Shown here piece by piece: positions 39,586 through 49,042 of a stretch of DNA of 64,000 nt. The position numbers and the translations under genes were made by a program. Numbering within the stretch: position 1 is the first letter of the stretch; each line of letters opens with the position of its first letter. The notes under the pieces were generated by a model, which was not told where the DNA came from, did no database searches, and saw nothing but the letters and a program-made list of their open reading frames with translations. This DNA comes from a bacterium (GTDB lineage Bacteria > Patescibacteriota > Microgenomatia > Daviesbacterales > UBA10151): contig JAJYIE010000003.1 of the NCBI GenBank assembly GCA_021790255.1, positions 68 through 64,067 of the forward strand, in the 5' to 3' direction.

Positions 39586-41292
39586 ATGGCTCAGCAAAAC
39601 TTTAAACTAAAACAATTTAACTATCGGGGCCAATCCAGCGCCCCGCAACTGCGCCTTATTCCCCTTGGCGGAATCGGAGATGTGACAAAAAACATGTATG
39701 TTTATGAATTCGGCCAGGATATTATTGTGGTTGATTGCGGGATAGGTTTTCCGGATGAGGGAATGCCTGGAATAGATTTGGTTATTCCAGACGCTTCCTA
39801 TCTTTTTGAGCGGAAAAAGCAAGTCCGCGGGATTGTTATTACCCATGCTCACGATGATCATATCGGCGGGTTGCCGTTTATCTGGCCGAGCTTAGAGGTC
39901 CCAATTTATGCCCAGCGCCTGGCAGCAGCTTTTATCAAAAATAAATTCACTGAGCATCATTTGCCTGAGTTCCAGATCCATACTGTTGACATTAAAACTA
40001 AGCTTGATTTAGGTCCGTTCCGTGTTTCCTTTTACCAGGTTTCCCATTCAGTGCCGGATTCCACCGGCCTGATCATTGAAACCCCGGCCGGCCACATCAT
40101 CCACCAGTCTGATTTTAAACTTGACTGGACTCCCCTCAACGGACAGATCACGGAAATCGGGAAAATTGCCCTGGCAGCGGAAAAGGGTATCAAGTTAATG
40201 CTGATTGATTCTCTGGGGGTGGAAAAGCCCGGTTACAGCCTGACGGAAAGAGCAATCCAGCCTACCTTTGAGGCAATTGAGCGTAAAACCCGCGGCAAGA
40301 TGCTTATTACTACAACCTCTTCCAATATCAGCAGGATCCAGCAGGCAATTAATGTTGCGGCTTTATCCGGGCGTAAAGTTGCCTTGATCGGCCGCTCGAT
40401 GGACAGCAATTTCCAGGTGGCCCGGGATTTAGGGTATTTGCAGGTTTCGCCGGGGGCGATTATTGCTCCTGATGAGGTCAAGCAGTTTCAGCCTCACAAG
40501 CTGCTTCTTTTGGTCGCCGGGTCTCAAGGCCAGCCTGGTTCAGCCCTTTCCCGGGTGGCCAACAATGACCATAAACAGGTTAGTTTAAAGCTTGGTGATG
40601 CAGTGGTTTTTTCAGCCGACCCAATTCCCGGCAGCGAAACAGCCCAATATTCGCTGATTGATCAGCTGACCAAAATGGGAGTAGATGTTTACTACACAGC
40701 CCTGACAGACGCTCTCCACGTCAGCGGCCACGAAACGGCGGAGGAAATTAAGGTGATGCTGGGTGTAGTCCGGCCGGAGTTTCTGATGCCGATTGGGGCT
40801 ACGCGCCGGCATATGAAAGCCTTTGCCGACCTGGCAGTGGAAATGGGTTGGCAGCGTGACCGGGTAATGCTGCCTGACGACGGACAGGTTGTCAATATCA
40901 CTCCCCAAAATGTGGCCCTGAACGGTAAAATTGATGTCAAAAATATTTATGTGGACGGGCTTGGTGTTGGTGACGTGGGGACGGTGGTTTTGCGGGACCG
41001 CAAAGTTATGGCGGAAGAGGGTGTGGTTTTGGTGGTTGTGCCTGCAGATATGCATACCAGCCAGTTGGCAGGGGAGATAGACGTTGTTTCACGGGGATTT
41101 ATTTTTGAAAGGGAGAATGAAGGGCTTTTGGCCGCAGCCAAACAGGTTGTCAGTAAAGTTTTGGAAAGCCACCAAGGTGCAGAGCTGGATTGGCGGTTCA
41201 TCCGCCGCCATATCGAGGAAGATTTGCAGAGGTTTTTCTACGAAAAAACCCAGCGCCGTCCGATGATAATTACCCAGGTAGTGGAAGTGTAA
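39586..41292 (+). CDS. rnj: Ribonuclease J
   Basis: PLGG....KNM, THAHDDHIG, HSVPD, HVSGH, RRPMI. Confidence 0.95.
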   Translation: MAQQNFKLKQFNYRGQSSAPQLRLIPLGGIGDVTKNMYVYEFGQDIIVVDCGIGFPDEGMPGIDLVIPDASYLFERKKQVRGIVITHAHDDHIGGLPFIWPSLEVPIYAQRLAAAFIKNKFTEHHLPEFQIHTVDIKTKLDLGPFRVSFYQVSHSVPDSTGLIIETPAGHIIHQSDFKLDWTPLNGQITEIGKIALAAEKGIKLMLIDSLGVEKPGYSLTERAIQPTFEAIERKTRGKMLITTTSSNISRIQQAINVAALSGRKVALIGRSMDSNFQVARDLGYLQVSPGAIIAPDEVKQFQPHKLLLLVAGSQGQPGSALSRVANNDHKQVSLKLGDAVVFSADPIPGSETAQYSLIDQLTKMGVDVYYTALTDALHVSGHETAEEIKVMLGVVRPEFLMPIGATRRHMKAFADLAVEMGWQRDRVMLPDDGQVVNITPQNVALNGKIDVKNIYVDGLGVGDVGTVVLRDRKVMAEEGVVLVVVPADMHTSQLAGEIDVVSRGFIFERENEGLLAAAKQVVSKVLESHQGAELDWRFIRRHIEEDLQRFFYEKTQRRPMIITQVVEV

Positions 41293-41687
41293 GTCTCTTT
41301 TATCGATCTGCTATTTAAAAAACGATACCGATCTGGAAAATGAAGGATGTTATATGTAGTGGCTGAAATAACCAGGGAGTCCACTGCTATTACAGCGGGA
41401 TGAGCAAGATGATTTGTTGTAAATGCCCAGAGTGTCAACAAAATTAGCAGCGAAAGGTAGCTGACCCAGTGTGAATATGAAGAGTTTTTACGGAAATTTT
41501 GACCATCAAACTTGGCAACAAGCAGGATAATCCGGGAGTGGCGGGGGTTGTAACGCTCCCAAACAACCCCCGCTAGCCAACCCGGCAATGATTCCGAAAA
41601 ATTTCCGTCCGGTAAAGTATAACAAGAGTTTTTCGAATATCCAGCAGCTGGATCCGGATAAATTGCCGATTATTTGTTTCCCCGTAG

Positions 41688-42578
41688 TTAGGACATGACC
41701 TTGGAAACAAACTGGATAGGTGTCTGCAAGTCTAAAGACAAGTGTAAACGAAAATTATTGTAGTAATCAATATATTCCCTTAAGTCTTTCTTGATAGTTT
41801 TTTCTTTAGGCAATACTCCATTAAAACATTCTTCCTGAATAGTTCTGTTAAATCTTTCAATATGGGCATTGTCATTAGGTTTCCTAATGCTGGAATGTCT
41901 CAGTTGAATGGAAGATCTGTAGAGTAGGTAGGTAAACCCGTCCTTAAATTCAGGCCCATGATCTGTTTGAAGCATTTTGAAGTTAAATCCTAAATACTTT
42001 TGAGCATTTTTAACTACTAAGTAACTAATGCTTTGTTTTAATTTAGTTTGATACTCAGCATATGCCAACCTTGAGGAGAAATCAATTAGGCAGTAGATGT
42101 AGTATCTTGATCCATCACCCCTCATTACATGGATGGTATCCATTTGCACTAGATCTCCTGGTGATTTAGCTTCAGGTCTAGGGTAGCAGCTCTTTAAAAA
42201 CCTAGATAGTTTTTTCTTTCTGATTAACCCTTCTTTTTTAAGTACCCTGCCAACAGTTCTGACACTGATTTTGTATCCTTCAGAGATTAAATGAGCATGA
42301 ATAACTGGAGCACATCTTTTGTATTTTCTTCTCAACTCAGTAATTCTTTCAACCAGCTGATCAGATGTCTGATGAGGGTGATGGTTTGGAGCAGAGGATT
42401 GTGTAGAGATGAAAAGTATTCTGTGGTCTTTGGGAAATTTCCTCACCCACTTTGTAATAGTTGCCCTTTGTACACCATACATCCTGGCAACTGTAGCTTT
42501 TTTCAACCCACCCTTAACTACAAGTTTGGCTGCCTCATATCTGGCTTTGGCAGCATATGGTGAAGATGTATATGCCAT
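41688..42578 (-). CDS. DDE (rve) transposase/integrase
   Basis: N-terminal HTH; PGDLVQMD, QTDHGPEF, NAHIERFNRTIQEE, YYN..R.H.SL...TP. Confidence 0.9.
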   Translation of the reverse strand: MAYTSSPYAAKARYEAAKLVVKGGLKKATVARMYGVQRATITKWVRKFPKDHRILFISTQSSAPNHHPHQTSDQLVERITELRRKYKRCAPVIHAHLISEGYKISVRTVGRVLKKEGLIRKKKLSRFLKSCYPRPEAKSPGDLVQMDTIHVMRGDGSRYYIYCLIDFSSRLAYAEYQTKLKQSISYLVVKNAQKYLGFNFKMLQTDHGPEFKDGFTYLLYRSSIQLRHSSIRKPNDNAHIERFNRTIQEECFNGVLPKEKTIKKDLREYIDYYNNFRLHLSLDLQTPIQFVSKVMS

Positions 42579-42640
42579 AACTGGTAAGTTTGCCACCTAC
42601 CAGAAAATTTGTCTAAATTGTTTCCAAGCTATTGACCAAT
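41688..42640 (-). mobile_element. IS481/IS3-like insertion sequence
   Basis: AT-rich block; inverted CTTGGAAACAA (41700-10) and TTGTTTCCAAG (42618-28); exact ends uncertain. Confidence 0.7.
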
Positions 42641-42754
42641 TGCGTTTCCATCCTATAGTTTATAGAGTGTGGTATAATAGATGGGAAAGTCAAAAGTGAT
42701 AAGTAAGAAGGAAAAAACTTTCAACTTCTAACTTTTTACTTTATACTTAGATCC

Positions 42755-44860
42755 ATGCCCAGACGAAGATCAATTTATTCCATGCCCAAACTGAAGCTTC
42801 GCCAAAAAACCGTTATTACCGTAGGTACCCTGGTTTCTTTTATCCTGGCTGCCCTTTCTGCTGTAGCCTTAACTTCCGCTACCCCGGCTTTAGCTTTCTG
42901 GCGGGATTTTTTGGTAGCTAACCTGGGCTGGCCGGCTATTTTTACACCGCTGATTTTTCTGGTCAGCGGGTTGGTGCTACAAAAGATACGTTGGTCTTTT
43001 GCCCAGACTAATGTCCTGATCGGCCTGTTAACGATAGCCGTGACACTATCCAGCTTGACATCTCCTGTTTCCGGAGAGCAGGCAGGTAACCTCGGCAACT
43101 TTGTCTGGCTGGAGCTTGCTGCCCTTCTGGGTAAATTTGGAACAATGGCGCTTCTGGTGGGAGTGTTTTTAATCGGGGTGGTGGTACTCTTTGATACCTC
43201 ACCCGAGCAGGCCTTTGCTGTACTTGGCGGCCTGTGGAGTTTCTTGAGGGACAAAATTTGGCAGCCGTTATCAGCCGGTGGCCGTGCCGGTGGTCTGCAG
43301 CCGCGCAAGCTGGCTATTAAAGTTTCCGGCATGGAGGAAAGGTCAGCCAAGGCTTCTCCCAAGGCAGTGCCTGCTGAAGCTCCGATGATGGCTGACCAGC
43401 TGGTACAAAATGTGGCCGGACAAAACCAAATCTGGAAGTACCCGCCTCTTTCCCTACTTTCGGATAAAATCGGGGCAACCGCCGACCGGGGGGATGTCAA
43501 CAAAAGCGCTGACAGAATTGAAGACACCCTGGATTCATTCGGGATTCAGGCGAAGGTGGTAGAGGTCAACGGTGGCCCCGCCGTGACCCAGTATGCGCTG
43601 GAAGTGCCGCCTGGTGTCAAGATTGCCAAGATTACTAATCTACAGCATGATTTGGCGATGACCCTGGCTACTCCCACCGGCACGGTGAGGATTGAAGCGC
43701 CTATCCCCGGCAAATCCTTAGTGGGCATTGAGGTGCCTAACCATTCGCTGGAAATGGTGGGACTGAAAAATATTCTTTCATCAGAGGAGATGACTAAAAA
43801 CAAAGCCAAGCTGGCGGTAGCTCTGGGCAGGGATACTTCTTCCAAACCGGTTGTCATTGACTTGGCTAAAATGCCGCACTGTCTGGTGGCAGGAACTACC
43901 GGTTCCGGAAAATCCGTCCTTATCAATGCTTTTATCTGCAGCCTGCTTTTTCGCAATTCGCCTGAGGAACTGAAGCTAATTTTAGTTGACCCGAAAAGGG
44001 TAGAGCTGACCAATTATAACGGTATCCCCCATCTTTTAACTCCGGTTATTACCGATCCGGAAAAGATTTTGTCGGCGCTAAAATGGGCAATAGCGGAGAT
44101 GGACCGCCGCTATAAGCTGTTTCAATCGGTGGGGGTGAGGAATATCCAGGGATATAACGAGATGTCCGGTTTTCAGGCTCTGCCGAACATTGTTATCCTA
44201 GTTGACGAGTTGGCTGATCTGATGATGTTTGCCCCGGTTGAGGTGGAGGATGCTATTACCAGAATTGCCCAATTGGCCCGGGCGACCGGAATCCATATGG
44301 TTCTGGCTACTCAACGGCCGAGTGTGGATATTATCACGGGCCTGATCAAGGCCAACATCCCCTGCCGGATTGCTTTCAACGTTTCCTCGATGATTGATTC
44401 CCGGGTAATTATTGACCAACCGGGGGCTGAGAAACTGTTGGGCCGTGGAGATATGCTTTACCTGCCGCCGGATGCTTCCAAGCCGATGCGTATCCAGGGA
44501 GCCCGGGTAACTGATGAGGAAATTAACAACCTGATTAAATACTTAACCTCTCTAGGTGTAGCGCCTCAATATACGGATGAGGTAACGGAGATGCCATTGG
44601 GTAAATGGGGCGGCCGGATGAGGGTAGGGGACGGCCAGGATGATTTGTTTGAGGACGCGGTCAGGACGGTTTGCCAATACGACCGGGCTTCGGCATCCTT
44701 GCTGCAGCGGCGCCTGCGTGTTGGGTACGCTCGGGCGGCCCGGATTATTGACGAGTTGGAATCAGCCGGCATTATCGGCCCCGGTGACGGTAGTAAGTCC
44801 AGAGATGTGTTGGTGCGAAATGCTGACGAATACTTTAGCCAAAAAGATGTCTCGGAATAA
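42755..44860 (+). CDS. ftsK: DNA translocase FtsK/SpoIIIE
   Basis: TMs, RIEAPIPGK, AGTTGSGKS, DELADLM, gamma domain LQRRLRVGYARAAR. Confidence 0.96.
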   Translation: MPRRRSIYSMPKLKLRQKTVITVGTLVSFILAALSAVALTSATPALAFWRDFLVANLGWPAIFTPLIFLVSGLVLQKIRWSFAQTNVLIGLLTIAVTLSSLTSPVSGEQAGNLGNFVWLELAALLGKFGTMALLVGVFLIGVVVLFDTSPEQAFAVLGGLWSFLRDKIWQPLSAGGRAGGLQPRKLAIKVSGMEERSAKASPKAVPAEAPMMADQLVQNVAGQNQIWKYPPLSLLSDKIGATADRGDVNKSADRIEDTLDSFGIQAKVVEVNGGPAVTQYALEVPPGVKIAKITNLQHDLAMTLATPTGTVRIEAPIPGKSLVGIEVPNHSLEMVGLKNILSSEEMTKNKAKLAVALGRDTSSKPVVIDLAKMPHCLVAGTTGSGKSVLINAFICSLLFRNSPEELKLILVDPKRVELTNYNGIPHLLTPVITDPEKILSALKWAIAEMDRRYKLFQSVGVRNIQGYNEMSGFQALPNIVILVDELADLMMFAPVEVEDAITRIAQLARATGIHMVLATQRPSVDIITGLIKANIPCRIAFNVSSMIDSRVIIDQPGAEKLLGRGDMLYLPPDASKPMRIQGARVTDEEINNLIKYLTSLGVAPQYTDEVTEMPLGKWGGRMRVGDGQDDLFEDAVRTVCQYDRASASLLQRRLRVGYARAARIIDELESAGIIGPGDGSKSRDVLVRNADEYFSQKDVSE

Positions 44861-44880
44861 TCTGTTAAAGTGTCATTATT

Positions 44881-45681
44881 ATGGATGATCCAGCCGCTTT
44901 AGAAAAAGGTATAACGACCGAACCTATAAAATCCTCCAAATCTTGGGATTTTTTAAAAACCTTTGGAACAAAGCTCAAAAATAGGACTGAGGCCAAACCT
45001 CACGTTTACCCTGAATCACCGGCTTTAGTTCAAGAGGCCCGGAATCAGTTAATAGATAAAATACTAACGGGAGGTTTAAAATCCAGTGAGACTGTAGTAC
45101 AAGAGGGTGGCCAGTTTTTGGGGTCAATCGACAAGGAATCGATGCCTTATATTTTTGGGCGGGACTTAAAACCGGTGGATCAATACCACGATCAGGCTAC
45201 ATTCCGACGGGCTTTGGACCAGGTTTTATATATGGGGGATTCTAGCTGTTTGCCGGTAGTTACCGAACGCCCAGGAGAATCAGCAGTCCAAAGACATTTG
45301 GTCAGATCTACCAAAGCAGAGCGAGATGAAATTTCTCGGCGAGCTTCCTCTTCTTTTTTAGTGGTTTGTAAAAGTAACTCTAACTCTGATTATGCCAGAA
45401 CAGAAGACCAGACTAAACCAGGCGACTTTGCCTACGTTGTCTTTCCGGAGCAGGTTTTAAGTGAATACGGTGCAGACAAGTTGGCTCAAAAAGGCTTGAA
45501 AATTGCATCGGTTAGTCGAGTGGTAAAACGCAGTTTGTTAATGGGTGACCCAGTTGATATACCTGACTATGAAGGAGCGCTTGAGGAGATTGTGCAAGAA
45601 CTGAACTCCCCGATTTGGGTCCACGCTGTCAGGTTACCTTTAAAAGAAGATTTAGAGAAAAGTGGGCAGATTCAAAAGTAA
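44881..45681 (+). CDS. Hypothetical protein
   Basis: 266-aa ORF with no recognised motif. Confidence 0.6.
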   Translation: MDDPAALEKGITTEPIKSSKSWDFLKTFGTKLKNRTEAKPHVYPESPALVQEARNQLIDKILTGGLKSSETVVQEGGQFLGSIDKESMPYIFGRDLKPVDQYHDQATFRRALDQVLYMGDSSCLPVVTERPGESAVQRHLVRSTKAERDEISRRASSSFLVVCKSNSNSDYARTEDQTKPGDFAYVVFPEQVLSEYGADKLAQKGLKIASVSRVVKRSLLMGDPVDIPDYEGALEEIVQELNSPIWVHAVRLPLKEDLEKSGQIQK

Positions 45682-46004
45682 TTATCCCGCTAGCGTTTTA
45701 AGGTTGAGAATATTCTAGCAACAGTTTTTCCTTATCTTCCCGGACTTTGCGGACGCGGTGCATTGCTGGTCTAGCATTTTCATCCGGTTGTTTAAGGCCT
45801 GGCTCTGCTTTAAGATATGGAGCAAAAGGAGATTTAATGTATTTAACTAAGGTGTCGATCTGATGCTCGCGGGTTTTAAATAGATTTAGTTCAGACTGGA
45901 ACAGTCAGTATTCTCCTTGGTCATAGAATTATTATGATCCGGGAAAGGTGATTTTCTCAACAGTAACTTTGACAGATTAAACTCTCAAGCCTTACAATTT
46001 GCTC

Positions 46005-46643
46005 ATGCGCACTGTCGGGCAGATTTTTAAGGAAACCCGCGAAGAGAAGGTCTACAGTTTAGAAGAGGTAGAAAAAGCCACAAAGATCAGAAAAGAATTA
46101 CTGGTTGCTCTGGAGTCCGATGATTACAGCAAACTTCCTCCCGCCACCTTTGTACAGGGATTTATCAAAAATTACGCCAAGTTTTTAGGTTTGGACTGCG
46201 AAAAGATGCTGGCAGTTTTCCGGCGGGGATTTTCCGATAAAAAACACGCGCCTTATGTGATGGACGCCTTTGCTCACCCGGTGCAAAATTCCCGTTTTAA
46301 ACTTGCACCCGGCCAGGTTTTAGGCGGGATGATCGTGCTTTTAGTGCTGACTTTTTTCGGGTATTTGTGGGTGCAATACCACCAGTTCGTGGGAGCACCT
46401 GCTCTAACCATTAGTTCCCCTGCCGACCAGCTGACTGCCGATGAGCCAACCATTACCCTAAAAGGCCAGACTGATCCGGATGCTAAAATTACAGTTAACG
46501 GCCAGGATGTGGCAGTGGATGCCAGCGGGAATTTTCAAGAAGATATCACCCTGTCCGCTCCTGTTAATAAACTAACTATTACCTCAATCTCTCATTTCGG
46601 CCAACAAGCTACGCAGGAAAGGACGGTGTATTTAAAAAGATAG
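46005..46643 (+). CDS. RodZ-like HTH membrane protein with C-terminal Ig-like domain
   Basis: TKIR...L.ALE...LP...FVQGFIKNYA; TM; TTGACA-N18-TACAAT. Confidence 0.8.
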   Translation: MRTVGQIFKETREEKVYSLEEVEKATKIRKELLVALESDDYSKLPPATFVQGFIKNYAKFLGLDCEKMLAVFRRGFSDKKHAPYVMDAFAHPVQNSRFKLAPGQVLGGMIVLLVLTFFGYLWVQYHQFVGAPALTISSPADQLTADEPTITLKGQTDPDAKITVNGQDVAVDASGNFQEDITLSAPVNKLTITSISHFGQQATQERTVYLKR

Positions 46644-46701
46644 GTATAGTTGAAATAGAAAACTAAACGCTATACGCTATTTACTAGACGCTGATTTTAA
46701 T

Positions 46702-46983
46702 ATGGATATATTACAATTTGCCCTGGTTTTTTTAGTATTATTGCTGGGGACAATGCTGACCATTTTAGGGGTGCAGGTATTCTTTATCCTCCGGGATTTG
46801 CGCAGATCTTTGGACAAACTGGATAACCTGCTCTCTGATGCACAAATTATTGCTGATGATGTAGAAAAGCCCCTTAAGGCTGCGGCGGATATTGGTGAGG
46901 CAATGGAAGCGGGAGCCAAGATGGCTCAGGCAATTGCCCGGGTCAGCAGCCCTGCACGCAGATTGTTTTTTAAGAAACACTAG
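46702..46983 (+). CDS. Small membrane protein (DUF948-like)
   Basis: TM followed by coiled coil. Confidence 0.6.
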   Translation: MDILQFALVFLVLLLGTMLTILGVQVFFILRDLRRSLDKLDNLLSDAQIIADDVEKPLKAAADIGEAMEAGAKMAQAIARVSSPARRLFFKKH

Positions 46984-48853
46984 GATAGGATAGGGTAGCG
47001 TAGATACGGCGCACTCCGGCGCCGGCGGATTCTTCTTTAGTAATTTGGAAATGGCCTAATTGCCCGGTGTGTTCAATATGTGGACCGCCGCAAATCTCTT
47101 TGCTGAAGTTCCCGATCGTGTAAACGCTAACCTTATCCCCGTACTTTTCGGCAAAAAAGCCCAGGGCTCCTGATTTTAAAGCCTTTTCCTTACTCGTCTC
47201 TTCCCGGGTCACAGGCAGATCCTCACTGATTTTCTGATTAACCAGATCTTCAACTTGTTTTAGTTGTTCTTCGGTTAATTTTTCCGGCTGAGAAAAATCA
47301 AAACGGATCCGTTCGGCGGTAATATTGCTACCTTTTTGCTGGACATGGGTTCCCAGAATCTGCCTGAGTGCAGTATGGAGTAAGTGAGTGGCGGTATGGT
47401 ATTTGGTAGTAATTTCCGAGTGATCCTGCAGGCCGCCCCGAAACATACCAGCAGAAGCAGTACGGGATAACTCGCGATGCTGAGTAAATGCCTTCATAAA
47501 TCCTTCCGAATCAATGTATAGGTTTTGTTCTGCAAGAAGTTCATGGGTAAGTTCGTAAGGAAAGCCGTAAGTCTGGTATAGATCAAAAGCAATTTTACCC
47601 GCATCTTCAATATTTTGTTTCATGTTGGGTAATTGTTTATTAAACTCTTTTAACCCCCTTTCCAAAGTTATTCGAAACTTATCTTCTTCTCTACTAAGTT
47701 CCGACAAAATAGTTTCTTCGGTATTTTTTACCCAAGGGTAAACATCCTGGTAAAGTTTAACTATCTGCCTGGCAATTTCTTTCGTGAGATTATTCTTAAT
47801 ATTTAGCTGATGCCCTTTTAAAACCGCACGTCGGATTAGCCGTCTTAAAGTATAACCTTGCGTTTTATTGGAAGGAGTTACGCCGCTGGCGATTAGAAAA
47901 ACGGCGCCTCTTAAATGATCAGTAATAATCCTGAAATCCGGTTGAAAGTTTTTGTCCTCATATGACTTCCCTGAAATTTTCTCTAAATGAAAGATAAGTG
48001 GAGTAAAAAGATCAATCTCAAAAATATCAGAAAGGTTTTGCGAGGCAGCCGTGATTCTTTCTAATCCTCCCCCAAAATCCACATTTTTTTTAGGTAACGG
48101 CTCGAATTTATTTTCGGCCAGCTTTTTAAACTCCATAAAAACAGAGTTGCCGATTTCTAAGAAATGGCCGCAATCACAGTTAGGATGACAATACTTCCCG
48201 TATTTGGGATCATGTTCAATTTCACTGAATTCATAAAACATCTCCGAGTCTGGCCCAAAAGGTTCACCTTCCGGGATTTCTTCGAAGCCACCAAAACGGC
48301 TCCAGAGATTTTTCTTTTCGCCGTAATAAAAAATACGTCCTCCTTGCATACCGACATCGGCAGCGTGGCTTTCGGTTCCCAACTCTACCGCACTGGCTTC
48401 AATCCCTTTTTCAAAAAAGAGTTTCTTCCATATTTCGACTGACTTATTGTCTCTGGGTAAATTGTATTTTTCATCACCGGCAAAAACGCTGACATAAATT
48501 TTTTGTGGATCAAGTCCTACAATTTCCGTTAGAAACTCCCATACCCAAGGAATCTGCTCGTCTTTGAAATAATCACCTAAAGACCAGTTGCCCAACATCT
48601 CGAAAAAAGTAGTATGTCTGTTGTCACCAACTTCTTCAATGTCCTGAGCCCTGAAACTGAGCTGCGAATCAGTTAGCCGGTTTCCTTCGGGGTGAGTTTG
48701 CCCCAATAGATAGGGAATCATTGGTTGCATCCCCGAACCGGTAAAAAGAGTCGTTGAATCGTTCTCGGGCACAAGGGGAGCTGGTGGCACATTTTTGTGC
48801 CCTCTTTCTTCAAAGAATTTTAAATATTTTTGGCGAAGCTCATCAGCGGTCAT
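46970..48853 (-). CDS. alaS: Alanine--tRNA ligase, short form
   Basis: TLFTGSGM, HTTFFEMLGNWS, HTATHLLH, CGGPH. Confidence 0.95.
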   Translation of the reverse strand: MTADELRQKYLKFFEERGHKNVPPAPLVPENDSTTLFTGSGMQPMIPYLLGQTHPEGNRLTDSQLSFRAQDIEEVGDNRHTTFFEMLGNWSLGDYFKDEQIPWVWEFLTEIVGLDPQKIYVSVFAGDEKYNLPRDNKSVEIWKKLFFEKGIEASAVELGTESHAADVGMQGGRIFYYGEKKNLWSRFGGFEEIPEGEPFGPDSEMFYEFSEIEHDPKYGKYCHPNCDCGHFLEIGNSVFMEFKKLAENKFEPLPKKNVDFGGGLERITAASQNLSDIFEIDLFTPLIFHLEKISGKSYEDKNFQPDFRIITDHLRGAVFLIASGVTPSNKTQGYTLRRLIRRAVLKGHQLNIKNNLTKEIARQIVKLYQDVYPWVKNTEETILSELSREEDKFRITLERGLKEFNKQLPNMKQNIEDAGKIAFDLYQTYGFPYELTHELLAEQNLYIDSEGFMKAFTQHRELSRTASAGMFRGGLQDHSEITTKYHTATHLLHTALRQILGTHVQQKGSNITAERIRFDFSQPEKLTEEQLKQVEDLVNQKISEDLPVTREETSKEKALKSGALGFFAEKYGDKVSVYTIGNFSKEICGGPHIEHTGQLGHFQITKEESAGAGVRRIYATLSYPSVS

Positions 48854-48950
48854 GAGGCAATTATATGCCGAAGGCGCCCTTCTCGTCCACCTGACCAGCA
48901 GCCTATTGCCGGGGTTCTCATTTTGCTGTTTTGTGCTAAACTAAACTGAG

Positions 48951-49042
48951 TAGTCAGTGGGTAGTGAATAGTGGTTAGCGAACCGTAATGCGCCAGCTGT
49001 AGTACAACTATAAACTATTAACTATTTACTAATAACTAATCC
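48951..49042. repeat. Inverted 7-bp-period tandem arrays
   Basis: tagtcag tgggtag tgaatag tggttag ... ctataaa ctattaa ctattta ctaataa ctaatcc. Confidence 0.7.
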
